From NCBI GenBank assembly GCA_963790305.1, contig CAWBOC010000006.1, positions 160,001 to 224,000 of the forward strand: a DNA stretch of 64,000 bases. The letters are read 5' to 3'. How positions within the stretch are numbered: the first letter of the stretch is position 1; each line of letters begins with the position of its first letter. The position numbers and the translations under genes are program-made. Positions 30,835 through 41,275 of the stretch are shown here, in pieces. The notes beneath the pieces are model-generated. The model saw nothing but the letters and a program-made list of their open reading frames with translations, ran no database searches and was not told the origin of the DNA. This stretch comes from an uncultured Gemmatimonadaceae bacterium. GTDB lineage: Bacteria; Gemmatimonadota; Gemmatimonadetes; Gemmatimonadales; Gemmatimonadaceae.

Positions 30835-32025
30835 ATGCGCATTCTGCACGTGGTCACCGCGTTTCCCCGCCAGAAAGGCGATCCCATCGCGCCGTGGCTG
30901 GTGGAGCTCCTGCAGCGACTGCGCGCACGGGGACACGAGATCGAAGTGCTCGCGTCGTCGTATCGCGGGCTCGGGGATCAGGACCAGGATGGCATTCGGG
31001 TCCACCGGTTCCGGTATTTCCCCGCGCGCTGGGAGCGGCTCACGCATGAAGAGACCGCACCCGACCGCATGCGTCGATCGCCTCTGTATGCGATCATGCC
31101 GCTGTTCTTCCTCGTGGCGGGGATGCGACGCGCGTGGTCGCTCGGACGCCGGCATCACTACGACATCGTGCACGTCCATTGGCCGATGCCGATGGTGCTG
31201 CTGGGGTGGGCGGCACGCCGCGCTCGGCCGACGCCAATGGTGACGACGTTTTACGGCATCGAGCTGCGCTGGGTGCAGAGTCGCCTTCCCTTTCTCAAGT
31301 GGCTCGTGCGACGGGCAGCGCGCACCTCCTCGCAAGCCGTGGCCATCTCCTCGTACACGGCGCGCGAGCTGCGGAAGTTCGCGGACGTTCCGATCGAGGT
31401 AATCCCCTACACGGCCGAGTTTCCCACGCCGGCATCGGCAGTCACAGCGGGCACGACCGATCCATCCATTCTGTTCGTCGGGCGTCTCATCGAACGCAAG
31501 GGCGTGCATCACCTCATTCGCGCGTTAGGCACGGTGCGCGAGCGGACGCCGGCACACCTCGTCATCATTGGCGACGGCCCCGAGCGGGCCCGCCTCGAGA
31601 AACTGGCCCGCGAGGCAGGCGTCGCGGAGCACGTGGAGTTTCGCGGGCGTGTCAGTGATGAGGCGCTTCGCCAGGCCTATGCGACCGCCACGGTGTTTGT
31701 CCTGCCCTCGGTGCTCGACGCGCGCCAGGACACGGAAGGCCTCGGCGTCGTTCTGCTCGAGGCGATGAACTATTCCGTTCCTGTCGTCGCGAGCGAAATA
31801 GGTGGGATCACCGATATCGTCCAGCACGAGCGCACGGGGCTTCTCGTGCCGCCGGGTGACGAAACCGCGCTGGCCGCTGCGCTGACGCGCTTGCTGACCG
31901 ACCGCGCACTCTCGAACACCCTCGGCACCGCCGGGTTACGTGCACTCCGCGGATCGTTCAGCTGGGAACGAATCGTTGACCGGTGGGAAGCGGTCTATCG
32001 TCGCGTCGCCTCGGCGGGCCGCTAG
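30835..32025 (+). CDS. Glycosyltransferase family 4
   Basis: MRILHV, FVGRLIERKG, IIGDGPER, EGLGVVLLEAM, GGITDIV, FSWE. Confidence 0.92.
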   Translation: MRILHVVTAFPRQKGDPIAPWLVELLQRLRARGHEIEVLASSYRGLGDQDQDGIRVHRFRYFPARWERLTHEETAPDRMRRSPLYAIMPLFFLVAGMRRAWSLGRRHHYDIVHVHWPMPMVLLGWAARRARPTPMVTTFYGIELRWVQSRLPFLKWLVRRAARTSSQAVAISSYTARELRKFADVPIEVIPYTAEFPTPASAVTAGTTDPSILFVGRLIERKGVHHLIRALGTVRERTPAHLVIIGDGPERARLEKLAREAGVAEHVEFRGRVSDEALRQAYATATVFVLPSVLDARQDTEGLGVVLLEAMNYSVPVVASEIGGITDIVQHERTGLLVPPGDETALAAALTRLLTDRALSNTLGTAGLRALRGSFSWERIVDRWEAVYRRVASAGR

Positions 32026-32038
32026 CTCGCTCGCGGAT

Positions 32039-33919
32039 CTACCGTCGCACGAGATCGACCCAGCCCCCCAGGTTGGCGGCCAGGGCGCTATTACCGTCGG
32101 GCAGAACGAGGATCTGTCGCGGCTGCCCCCCCGTGTCTGTGCTCTTCGTGATGGTTGCGGACGCAACGTCCACCACGAGGATGTGACCCGAGTTCGTGGT
32201 CACGTACAACGTGTTCCCGTCGGGAGCGATCGCGATTCCAAACGCACCGGCGGCGGCGATGCGACGCGTGGTCGCGCCGGAGACCCGATCCACAAAGACG
32301 ATCTCGCTCCTGCTGTCATCGGCGACGTACAACGTCGACCCATTCGGCGCGATCGCGATCCCGTGAGGACGACCGGTCACACTTATCGTGCGCAGCGCGC
32401 CTCCCGTGCGCATGTCTACCTCAGTGATGGAGCCGCCGTCCCGCGCAGTCACGTACATCAGCGAATCGCTGGCAGTCGTCCAGAAGGCGATCCCCCAGGG
32501 GCCAGCTCCGGTCGTGGTCGTACTCACGATCGTTCGCGAGCCGACGTCGACGGCGAACACGGAGCTGCTCGTGTTCGTGACGTACACGCGGTCGCCACGG
32601 GGCGACATCGCCAGTGAGTGCGCGTCGCCCGGAATATCCACGTCGGCAATCTTCGTCATCGACGGCACATCGATCACGGAGAGAACGCCGGTTCCCATGT
32701 TGGCCGCGTACGCACGCTGCCCGGCGCCGTCGACGGCGATGACCACCGGAGTTCCCCCCACCGTCGTTACCGCCGAGCGTGAGGGATCGGTCAGCGACGC
32801 CCGCTCCACTTGACCAGCGTGGATGAGCGTCACGACAAGCTCGCCCGCCGGTGTGCGTGCGATGCCGAATCCGCCGGCCCGCAGAAAAGCAGCGCGCTCG
32901 CTGACATTGCGCGGCCGGATCTGAAAACTGGCTGGCGAAGACGCTCCGGCGATCGACGCATGAACGATGATGTCACCTGTGGATGGCGCGGGAGTCAGGG
33001 TGTTTGTTGCCTCACCGAGCGCATTGGATGCAGAGGTCGGTGTCGCCAGCGTTCCCTGCCCTTGGACGACCGTCCACGTGACGGTCACTCCGCTGAGAAC
33101 GGTCCCCAGGCCATCGCGAACCCCGACACGCAACTGGACTGGGGTGGTCTGACCGATAGCGATTACAAAGTCGCTGTTACCCAACGGGGAAACCGTCGGG
33201 GGGCGCACCTGGACAAAAAAACTGGCTGGCGACGACACCCCGGCGACTGAGGCGCGAACGAGGATGTCACCCGTGGACGGTCCGGGTGTCAGCGTGTTCG
33301 TTGCTTCGCCCTGTGCATTTGTCGAAGACGTCGCGGCAGCCAGCGTCGCCTGGCCTGAGACTACGGTCCAGCTCACCGTCGCTCCGCTGGCCAGGTTCCC
33401 GTGAGCGTCCCAGACGGTCGCACGTAACGGCACCGGGGTCGTCTGGCCGGCCGCGATCGCGACGCCATTACCGGCTGTGGAAAAAATCATCGCCGGAGGT
33501 CCCGACGTGACCGTCGCGACGAAAATCGCGGTATCGAGGAGCGCTCCGGTCAGCGTGTCGAGCACGGTGGCCAGGACTTGCTGCGGACGACCCACAATGG
33601 TGCCCAAGCGCCAGCTCACGGTCGCGATGCCCGCTCCGTTGGTGCGGCTGGTCGCAGGTTCGATCGAGCCTTCGCCCGCAGTCACCGCGAAGGTGACCGG
33701 GATATTCGGTACCCCTCGCCCATTCGCGTCGCTGACCTTGGCCGCGATTGGCGCGAGCAGAGTCCGCCCGGCCATACCTGTCTGTCCATTGCCGGCAGAG
33801 ACCGCGACCGTGGCGGGAGCGCCAATGGGCTCAGGCTCGGTCCCGCCTCCGCCGCACGCGGCGAGAACGAGAACGCAGGCGATCCCTAGCGACTGTGCTG
33901 GAAAGAGCATCCGATGCAT
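32039..33919 (-). CDS. Lipoprotein with three Big_1-like Ig domains and a YncE/YVTN-like beta-propeller
   Basis: Lipobox LAAC; repeated V.D..G..V.GV.V.W/F...G motifs; C-terminal P.GIAI.PDG..LYV repeats. Confidence 0.8.
   Translation of the reverse strand: MHRMLFPAQSLGIACVLVLAACGGGGTEPEPIGAPATVAVSAGNGQTGMAGRTLLAPIAAKVSDANGRGVPNIPVTFAVTAGEGSIEPATSRTNGAGIATVSWRLGTIVGRPQQVLATVLDTLTGALLDTAIFVATVTSGPPAMIFSTAGNGVAIAAGQTTPVPLRATVWDAHGNLASGATVSWTVVSGQATLAAATSSTNAQGEATNTLTPGPSTGDILVRASVAGVSSPASFFVQVRPPTVSPLGNSDFVIAIGQTTPVQLRVGVRDGLGTVLSGVTVTWTVVQGQGTLATPTSASNALGEATNTLTPAPSTGDIIVHASIAGASSPASFQIRPRNVSERAAFLRAGGFGIARTPAGELVVTLIHAGQVERASLTDPSRSAVTTVGGTPVVIAVDGAGQRAYAANMGTGVLSVIDVPSMTKIADVDIPGDAHSLAMSPRGDRVYVTNTSSSVFAVDVGSRTIVSTTTTGAGPWGIAFWTTASDSLMYVTARDGGSITEVDMRTGGALRTISVTGRPHGIAIAPNGSTLYVADDSRSEIVFVDRVSGATTRRIAAAGAFGIAIAPDGNTLYVTTNSGHILVVDVASATITKSTDTGGQPRQILVLPDGNSALAANLGGWVDLVRR
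32912..33448 (-). repeat. Intragenic tandem duplication of an ~82-aa Ig-like domain
   Basis: GQTTPVPLR...GEATNTLTPGPSTGDILVRASVAGVSSPASF (about 33200-33448) versus GQTTPVQLR...GEATNTLTPAPSTGDIIVHASIAGASSPASF (about 32912-33154). Confidence 0.85.
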
Positions 33920-34021
33920 GGCGGTGACACTGCGGGTGGGCACCTAACTAGGGCGGGCGCGACACAATAACGCGCGGCCCAGCCCTGCGCCAGCGGGGTT
34001 CGGATGTGTTACGGTATTGAC

Positions 34022-35029
34022 CTAACGGCCCGCGTCGTCCAGGCGCCGCCGCAGCTCGCGCACTTCGGCACGCTGCGCGGCAATCATTTCCCCGACGAGC
34101 CCACCCACAAACAGCACCGTTCCCACGATCACGCAAAGCACCACGAGATCGATCAACGGCCGGTAGCCGAATCCCGCGAAAATTCTGATTCCTACCAGCG
34201 TGAGGCCGGCCAGAACGCCGATCGCGGCGAGCATCGCGCCGAGCACGCCGAACAGGAGGAGCGGCTTTTGGCCGAAGCGGAGCTCGAACCAGACCGCGAG
34301 CATGTCGAGCACGCCGATCGGAATGCGTCCCAAGCCGAACTTCGACCGGCCGGCGTGGCGCTCGTACAGGGGGACGGGAATCTCCGTGACGCTGAACCCT
34401 TGTGCGGCCGCCACAGCGATCATGTAGCGGTGCCAGTCGGGACGAATGGGGATCGCGTCCATCACCTCGCGCCGATAGGCCTTCACCGAGTTGAGATCGC
34501 GCACGGGAAGCTGGAACAGCTTTCGACTGAGGCCGTTGTAGATCTGCGACACGAATCGCTTCTCGTACTTTCCCTGCTTGTAGCCCGTGACCATGTCGAC
34601 GTCGCCCGAGAGAATGGGCGCGACGAGGCGCGGGATGTCCTCCGGCTTGTACTGCAGGTCAGCCGGATAGAACACGAGCACGCGACCCCGCGCGTGCAGG
34701 TAGCCGGTGCGAAGGGCATCGGCAATTCCCCGCCGAACGCGGTGACGCACGGCCCGGAGGAACGGGAACCGGCTGCGCAGCTCCTCGAGGACGGTCCAGG
34801 AGCCATCGACCGAGCCATCGTCGACGACGATGACCTCGTAGCGCGTGCCGCCACCCGAGAACGCCTCGGCGGCCAGCTCCATGAACAGCGGGAGATTCTC
34901 CGCTTCGTCCTTGGCGGGAACCAGCACGCTCACATCGGGCGCCGACGTCGGCGCGTCCGAAACGGACGAGATGGGAGCTCGCGGTCCAGGGCGGGTAGAC
35001 ACGAGCTCCGGCCCGCGATCGGCGCTCAC
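34022..35029 (-). CDS. ArnC/GtrB-like GT2 with two C-terminal TM helices
   Basis: SVLVPAKDE, VDDGSVDGS, ADLQY, RHAGRSKFG and two hydrophobic C-terminal segments. Confidence 0.88.
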   Translation of the reverse strand: MSADRGPELVSTRPGPRAPISSVSDAPTSAPDVSVLVPAKDEAENLPLFMELAAEAFSGGGTRYEVIVVDDGSVDGSWTVLEELRSRFPFLRAVRHRVRRGIADALRTGYLHARGRVLVFYPADLQYKPEDIPRLVAPILSGDVDMVTGYKQGKYEKRFVSQIYNGLSRKLFQLPVRDLNSVKAYRREVMDAIPIRPDWHRYMIAVAAAQGFSVTEIPVPLYERHAGRSKFGLGRIPIGVLDMLAVWFELRFGQKPLLLFGVLGAMLAAIGVLAGLTLVGIRIFAGFGYRPLIDLVVLCVIVGTVLFVGGLVGEMIAAQRAEVRELRRRLDDAGR

Positions 35030-36481
35030 ACGCGCTTTCTCATGCGTGCGGACAATACCCCGAGCTGATCGCGGTACTTCGCCACGGTGCGTCGCGCAAT
35101 CTGAACGCCGCTTTCCTTGAGGATGTTGACGATGGCCTGGTCGGTGAGCGGGTGCTTGGGATCCTCCTCCGAAACCAGCTTCTCGATCTGCGCCTTGATG
35201 CCGCGCGCCGACACATCCTCGCCGCCCGTCGTCGACAGACCGGAGGAGAAGAAGAACTTGAGGGGGAGCACGCCACGCGGCGTCTGCACGAACTTTTCGT
35301 TCGTCACACGGCTCACGGTGGACTCGTGCATGTTGATCACCTCCGCCACTTCGCGAAGCGTCAACGGCTTGAGGTACTGGACGCCCTTCTCGAAGAACTC
35401 CCGCTGCCGGTCGACGATGAAGTTCATGACCTTGAGCATCGTCTGCCGCCGCTGCTCGATCGCCTGGATCATCCAGTTCGCCGAGTTGAGCTTGTTCGAG
35501 ATGAACTCCTTGTTCTCGCCTTCGAATTTCTTCTTGTCGCGCGCGATCTCCTGGTACGCCTTGCTGAGCTTGAGCCGCGGGAGATTCGCGTCGTTCAGGA
35601 AAACGTGGTACTTCCCGTCGATCTTCTCGACAATGAGATCGGGGATGATGTAGTTGTCACCGGTATCGCTGTACTTGATGCCCGGCTTCGGGTCGAGCTT
35701 CTGGATCTCGTCCGCCGCCTTTTGCACATCGCTCGGCGAGATGCCGAAGCGCTTCGAGATCTCGCTCCAGCGATGGTTGATCAGCTCGTCGAAGCAGTCG
35801 CGCACGAGCCGGTACGGCACCGATTGCTCGAGACCGGCATCCTTGAGCTGGAGTAACAGGCATTCGCGCAGGTCGCGCGCGCCGACTCCCGGAGGATCGA
35901 GGCCCTGGATGATCGACAGCATTTCCTCGAGCTCGGCACGGCTGTAGATGGGCGCGTCCAGCGGGTCCTGATCCATCTCTTCGGCGGTGCTGCGCACGAG
36001 GTCATTGATGCTGGTGAAGATCTCCTCGATAGGGCACGCCAGGTAGCCATCTTCGTCGATGTTGCCGACGAACTCATCGGCGAGCAGCCGCTGACGCGGA
36101 CTCAGCTCGAGCAGCTGGATCTGATCGCGGAGATGGTCGCCAAGGTCGCGCGTCTCCACGGTGACCGGCTCGTAGTACTCCTTCTCCTCGTGCTCCTCGT
36201 GACGGCCGCCCGCGTCGAACCCGTTGAGGAGAATCTCCTCCCAATCGATCTCATCGTTGGCTTTCTCTTCCGGGCGGGCTCTCCTCGGTCTGACCCTCCT
36301 CCTCGTCGTCTTCCTCCTCCGGCTCGACCATCTCGAGGAACGGATTGTTCATCAGCTCCTGCTTCAGATGCTGCTGAAGATCGAGCAGGGGCATGTACAG
36401 GAGATCCATCGCCTGATACAGGCGTGGATTGATCTTGATCTCCTGCTTGAGCTGCGTGCTCTGAGAGATTCCCGCTTTCAT
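35026..36481 (-). CDS. rpoN: RNA polymerase sigma-54 factor; frameshift near 36270
   Basis: Gln/Leu-rich region I with NPFLE, DPPGVGARDLRECL, HESTVSR and RpoN box ARRTVAKYR. Confidence 0.95.
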
Positions 36482-36517
36482 GAATCCATCAACTCGCTGT
36501 AAAGGCTCGGCGCCGCA

Positions 36518-37748
36518 TCAGTCGGCTGCGGGATCGACTTCGCCCTGCCCCGCCGCCGAGAACCGCGTGCGCAAGCGCGCGGTCAGCGTTGGACCCAGGT
36601 AGATCTTCGCCACGGTGTCGTCGAACACGAGCTCGCGTACGGTGCCCGATACCTTGACCTGCCCATCGAACATTATGTAGGCCCGGTCGACGATGTCGAG
36701 AGTCTGCTCCACGTTGTGGTCACTGATCAGCACGCCGATACCGCGGTGGCGCAGCCCGGCAACGATGGTCTGAATGTCGTGCACCGCGATCGGGTCGACG
36801 CCCGCGAACGGCTCATCGAGCATCATGAACTTCGGCTCGGTGACGAGCGCGCGCGTAATCTCCAACCGCCGGCGCTCTCCACCCGAGAGCGCGTAGGCCT
36901 TGCTCTGTCGCAAATGCTTGATGCTGAGCTCGTCGAGCAACCGCTCGAGCCGAGCGCGCCGCTCCTGATCCTGACAGCGGCATGGTCTCCAGAATCGCCA
37001 GGATGTTCTCCTCGACCGTGAGCTTCCTGAAGATCGAGGGTTCCTGGGAGAGATAGCCGATGCCCAGCCGTGCCCGCTGGTACATCGGCATGTCGGTGAT
37101 GTCGCGACCATCGAGCACGATTCGGCCTTCCTGCGGCTTGATCAGCCCGACGATCATGTAGAACGTGGTCGTTTTACCCGCCCCATTGGGGCCCAACAGC
37201 CCGACGATCTCCCCCTGTTGCAATCGCAAGGCCACATCGTTGACGACTCTGCGTCGTCGATACGTCTTGACGAGCCCCTGCGCTTCGAGCACGGAGCCCA
37301 GCGGTGCCGCCTGCGCGACCGGATGCGTTCCGGTCGTGATAGCGATCTGCTCGCCGGACTGCCGGAGCACATCGGCAACCTGCACGCGCTGCGGCCGGAT
37401 CTCGGCCCACACGCGGTCGGAGATCTTGATGCGCGCGTCAGGCGAAGCCAGCCCCGACAACGGAACAATGACGCCTTCAGCCGCGAGCCGCGGCAATACG
37501 GACGCCGCCAGATGCTGCCGTACCTCGTCGAGGCTGAGCCGGCCGCCCTCGAGTTGCGCGTCGCGTCCCTCCGCGCGTACGACGTCGAGGTGATCCTCGC
37601 GGTAACAAGTCGCGACGTCGTTGAAGATGGCGGTGCCGGTGTCGTCCGCGGCGCAGATGAGCGCGTGCAGCGCCAGGGCCGTCGACCGGTTGCCCTGCGA
37701 CAGGCGGCCGATGATCTGCTCGAGCCGTTGAGGAAGCTGATCGCTCAT
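36518..37748 (-). CDS. lptB: LPS export ABC transporter ATPase LptB with ~150-aa N-terminal extension; frameshift near 36970
   Basis: [66 protein letters not shown] and ATGA overlap at 37748. Confidence 0.9.
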
Positions 37749-39124
37749 GGCGTCCTCCTCGGTGGGCGGGGTTGAGGACGTGCGGCTGGGAGCGAGTCGC
37801 GGGGGGCACTCAACGTCGTGTCGGCGGCCGCAGTCGGTGCTTCGAGGTACACCCCTGCCGCTTGCTCCGTGATGCTGACCTGCTCGACCTCCTGATCCTG
37901 AAAGGTGACCGTAATGACACGGCCACGCACGTAGTTGATCGCCGGCGGAGCATCGCGGCCTTCGCGCGTCGCCACCTGGTAGAACGACCGCGCATCTCCA
38001 TGTGCGACGAGGTCGCGTATGCGCGGTCGCCGTGTCGTATCCTGCGGTGCCTTTATTGTGTCGAATCGTGCGACAATGGTGTCGCCGCGAAGCCAATCCT
38101 TTTCCGTCGAGCGTACGCGCGTCGAATCGGGGGTGCTCTGCGCGAATGCGTCACGCACCGCGAACACTTCGCGCACGCGCTGCCCGGGCATGCGCACGTC
38201 CAGCGAATCGGCGACGATGTCGTACTCCGGTGACACCGCGCGCGCGCGCGAGCGCCCCCAGGCGTACACACGGTCCATCTGACTCTCCGTCAAACGCAGG
38301 TCGAGCGTATCGGCGGTGAGCGTGACGTCACGACTGACTGCGCGGGCCCGCCCGGACGAGACGACGCGTGACAGCGTGCGCTGCGTTCCGTAGAGCTCGA
38401 CGAGTGTGCCGGTGAGCGTAAAGGGATCCTCACCCTTCCCGTCGATCTGCGGCGCCTTCATGAGCCGGGCGTACTCACGCCCGCTATCCATGAATGCCGA
38501 ATCGCCACGCGCTACCACATCCGTCCGGGTGATTACGACGCGACCGGACGCGTACACGAGGCTGTCGTTATCCATGATGACCGTGTTCGCGACGAGCGTC
38601 GTCGGATCGCTGCGGCGCCCAGTGGAGTCGGTCTCGACCAGGAGAATCGTCGGCCGTCGTGGCGCGATCATGCGTGATGACCGGCGAATCCCCGGTGCTG
38701 GACGGTAGTAGTCGGCCTCCGGACCGGTCAGCTTGGTCCCGCTCGGGAGCGTCGCCTCGACATTACCCTCGGCGCGCAGGTGCTCATCGTTCAACCAGTA
38801 CGTGAGGCGCCTCGACCGGAGCGTGAGGCGCGGCTCCCGATAATCCACGTTGCCAATGAGATACAGCAGCCGGGCATCCCCGTAGTACTCGACGCTGTCA
38901 GCGACGACCGTGATTTGCTGTGCCTGACACTCCCCTTCCGCGCGACGACCGAGATACCAGTTGAAGAGTCCGCTTGGCTGGCGCACCATGTTCAACGGTG
39001 ATCCGGCACGGCTGCGAAATACGAAGAGACACTGATCGGAGCGCGCCTCCTGTGCCGCGAGCGATTCGCTTGCGGCGAGGAGCAGTGCGACGGCGCCGAG
39101 GCGCACGAACGACGCGCGCGTCAT
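37745..39124 (-). CDS. LptA/OstA-like periplasmic beta-jellyroll protein (long form)
   Basis: Signal peptide, repeated ADS/GNV/G.A beta motifs, position between lptC and lptB. Confidence 0.75.
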   Translation of the reverse strand: MTRASFVRLGAVALLLAASESLAAQEARSDQCLFVFRSRAGSPLNMVRQPSGLFNWYLGRRAEGECQAQQITVVADSVEYYGDARLLYLIGNVDYREPRLTLRSRRLTYWLNDEHLRAEGNVEATLPSGTKLTGPEADYYRPAPGIRRSSRMIAPRRPTILLVETDSTGRRSDPTTLVANTVIMDNDSLVYASGRVVITRTDVVARGDSAFMDSGREYARLMKAPQIDGKGEDPFTLTGTLVELYGTQRTLSRVVSSGRARAVSRDVTLTADTLDLRLTESQMDRVYAWGRSRARAVSPEYDIVADSLDVRMPGQRVREVFAVRDAFAQSTPDSTRVRSTEKDWLRGDTIVARFDTIKAPQDTTRRPRIRDLVAHGDARSFYQVATREGRDAPPAINYVRGRVITVTFQDQEVEQVSITEQAAGVYLEAPTAAADTTLSAPRDSLPAARPQPRPPRRTP

Positions 39125-39741
39125 TGCGGAGGGGCGGCGGGCGGACGATTCGGGCGTGCCGAATCGTTAGGAGTGGCGGGGCGCGTCGGCGATCGCGGCG
39201 TTCCGAGATCCCCCGTCGAGACGGCCCCCTGCCCTTCAATGAGTCGGTGCACACGAACGTTGTTCATGTTCGGGTCGGAGGTGAATCCGACGCCCTCGAG
39301 ACGTCGCCCAGGCTCCGTGAGCACGAAGGCGCTATCGCTCGAGATCTCGTTGCGGATCTGATCGTATCGAAGCTGCTCGGTCGTCAAACGCCGACCATCC
39401 TCGGTGACGACGACCACGTTGCCCCGCGCTTCCATCCGCGACTGCCGCGTGTTGTACGTCCCCTCCTTGCCCGTGAGCACGGAGTTCCGTTCACCGGTGC
39501 GCGTATAGAAGGTGAGCTTCACGACGCGCAGCTCGATGCGGGTGTTCTCGTCGAAGAAGAAGGCGGTATCACCCTCCAGCTCGGCGTTCAACACACCTCG
39601 ATCGGTGAGCAGCGTGCTGATGCCGTACATCATCTGGTCCGCCGAATCCGCCATGGCCGAGCCGCTCACCCGAGGTGGGGCTGTGCCGTCGCCCGTACAG
39701 GCGAGCAGGAAACCAACGATCCACAAGGCGTGCGCCCTCAC
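39121..39741 (-). CDS. lptC: LPS export periplasmic protein LptC
   Basis: Lipobox-like LLAC, MEARGNVVV, LTTEQLRYD, GVGFTSD; between kdsD and lptA. Confidence 0.82.
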   Translation of the reverse strand: MRAHALWIVGFLLACTGDGTAPPRVSGSAMADSADQMMYGISTLLTDRGVLNAELEGDTAFFFDENTRIELRVVKLTFYTRTGERNSVLTGKEGTYNTRQSRMEARGNVVVVTEDGRRLTTEQLRYDQIRNEISSDSAFVLTEPGRRLEGVGFTSDPNMNNVRVHRLIEGQGAVSTGDLGTPRSPTRPATPNDSARPNRPPAAPPQ

Positions 39742-40712
39742 ACGACACCCGCGCGCATGAGGTCGTGCAGGTGAACCATTCCGACGAGTCGCCCTTCGTC
39801 GTCGGTAACGGGCATCGCCATCACTCCATGCTGCTGCATTCGGTACACGACGGCGCTTCCAAGCTCCCCATCGCGGGCAAGCTTTGGCGTGCGGTTCATC
39901 ACGGCGTCCACCCCACGATCCATGAAGTCGCGCTCGCGCTCCATGAGTCGCGTGAGATCGCCAGCGGTCAGCACGCCGACTACCTGTCGCTGGCCATCCA
40001 CGATCGCTACGGTGCCCCGACGCTCGGCCAGCTGCACCACCGCTTCGCGCATCGTGGCGGTGGGCGGAAGGGCCGCCAGTGGCGACGTGACCATCACGTC
40101 CGACACGCGAGTGAGCAGCTGACGTCCCAGCGCCCCACCGGGGTGCAGGCGCGCGAAATCCTCGCGACGAAACGCCTTCCGCTCGAGCAGCACCACCGCG
40201 AGGGCGTCACCGAGTGCCAACGCGACGGTAGTGCTCGTCGTCGGCGCGAGATCGTGAGGACATGCTTCCTCGCGGACCCAGGTGTCGATCACGACGTCGG
40301 CATGCCTGCCCAGGGCTGAGTCGGCGGTGCCGGTAAAAGCAACGATGCGCACTCCAACGCGCTTGAGGTGATCGAGCAGCGGAAGGAGCTCTTGTGTCTC
40401 TCCGCTCTTCGACAGCATGATCGCGACGTCGTCCGGCCCTACGATGCCGAGATCGCCATGAACGCTCTCGACGGGATGGACGAAGGTGGCTGGCGTGCCC
40501 GTCGAGGTGAGTGTCGCGGCGATCTTGCGCCCGACGATCCCCGACTTGCCAACGCCCGTGACAATGACGCGACCGCTGGAGCTCGCAATGAGCTCGACCG
40601 CGCGCGTGAACCGCTCATCGAGACGTCGCTCCGCCTCGGCGAGGGCTTCGCGCTCCATACGCAACACCGCGCGACCCCGCTCGATCAATGGATCCGCCGC
40701 GACCGCCTTCAC
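39738..40712 (-). CDS. kdsD: Arabinose-5-phosphate isomerase (KpsF/GutQ family)
   Basis: TGVGKSG, STGTPA, HGDLG, EACPHDLAPTTST, HPGGALG and a CBS pair. Confidence 0.95.
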   Translation of the reverse strand: MKAVAADPLIERGRAVLRMEREALAEAERRLDERFTRAVELIASSSGRVIVTGVGKSGIVGRKIAATLTSTGTPATFVHPVESVHGDLGIVGPDDVAIMLSKSGETQELLPLLDHLKRVGVRIVAFTGTADSALGRHADVVIDTWVREEACPHDLAPTTSTTVALALGDALAVVLLERKAFRREDFARLHPGGALGRQLLTRVSDVMVTSPLAALPPTATMREAVVQLAERRGTVAIVDGQRQVVGVLTAGDLTRLMERERDFMDRGVDAVMNRTPKLARDGELGSAVVYRMQQHGVMAMPVTDDEGRLVGMVHLHDLMRAGVV

Positions 40713-41275
40713 CGCAAGACCTCGAGCGTGGGTGCCGAACGCTCGGTGACATAGCGCTCGACGATGTCATCCCAGTCACCACGTGCCTTGAGCAACAGCT
40801 CTGCGCATTCACGGACGGCGCCGCGTCCGCCGGTTTTCGTCAGGGATACCTGCGCGATCGCCTTGATCTCCGGCACGGCGTTGGCGACGGCAATCGGGAG
40901 CGCTACGGCGCGCATGATGCCCATGTCCGGAAAGTCGTCGCCGACGAACGCCGCGTCCTCCATGCGCAAGTCGTGACGATCGAGAATGCGCTGGAAGGCG
41001 GGGAGTTTTCTCGCCAGCGCGTCCTGCACGACATCGTCGATCTCCAGCTCGTTCGCGCGAATGCGCACGCTCTCGGAGACACGGCCCGTGACCACGCACA
41101 CGCGGATGCCGGCATCGCGCAGGAAGCGCACCCCTAGCCCGTCCTGGATGTCGTAGCGCTTGAGCTCCACGTGGGAGCCGTTGGCGTCGCCGATGTACAG
41201 ACCACCATCGGTGAGCACGCCATCGACATCGAGGCCGATGATCCGGATGCGCTTGGCGAGGGCGCGGTCGATCAC
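40709..41275 (-). CDS. kdsC: KDO-8-phosphate phosphatase
   Basis: HAD motifs DVDGVLTDG, QDGLG, VGDDFPD, GGRGAVRE. Confidence 0.93.
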   Translation of the reverse strand: MIDRALAKRIRIIGLDVDGVLTDGGLYIGDANGSHVELKRYDIQDGLGVRFLRDAGIRVCVVTGRVSESVRIRANELEIDDVVQDALARKLPAFQRILDRHDLRMEDAAFVGDDFPDMGIMRAVALPIAVANAVPEIKAIAQVSLTKTGGRGAVRECAELLLKARGDWDDIVERYVTERSAPTLEVLR

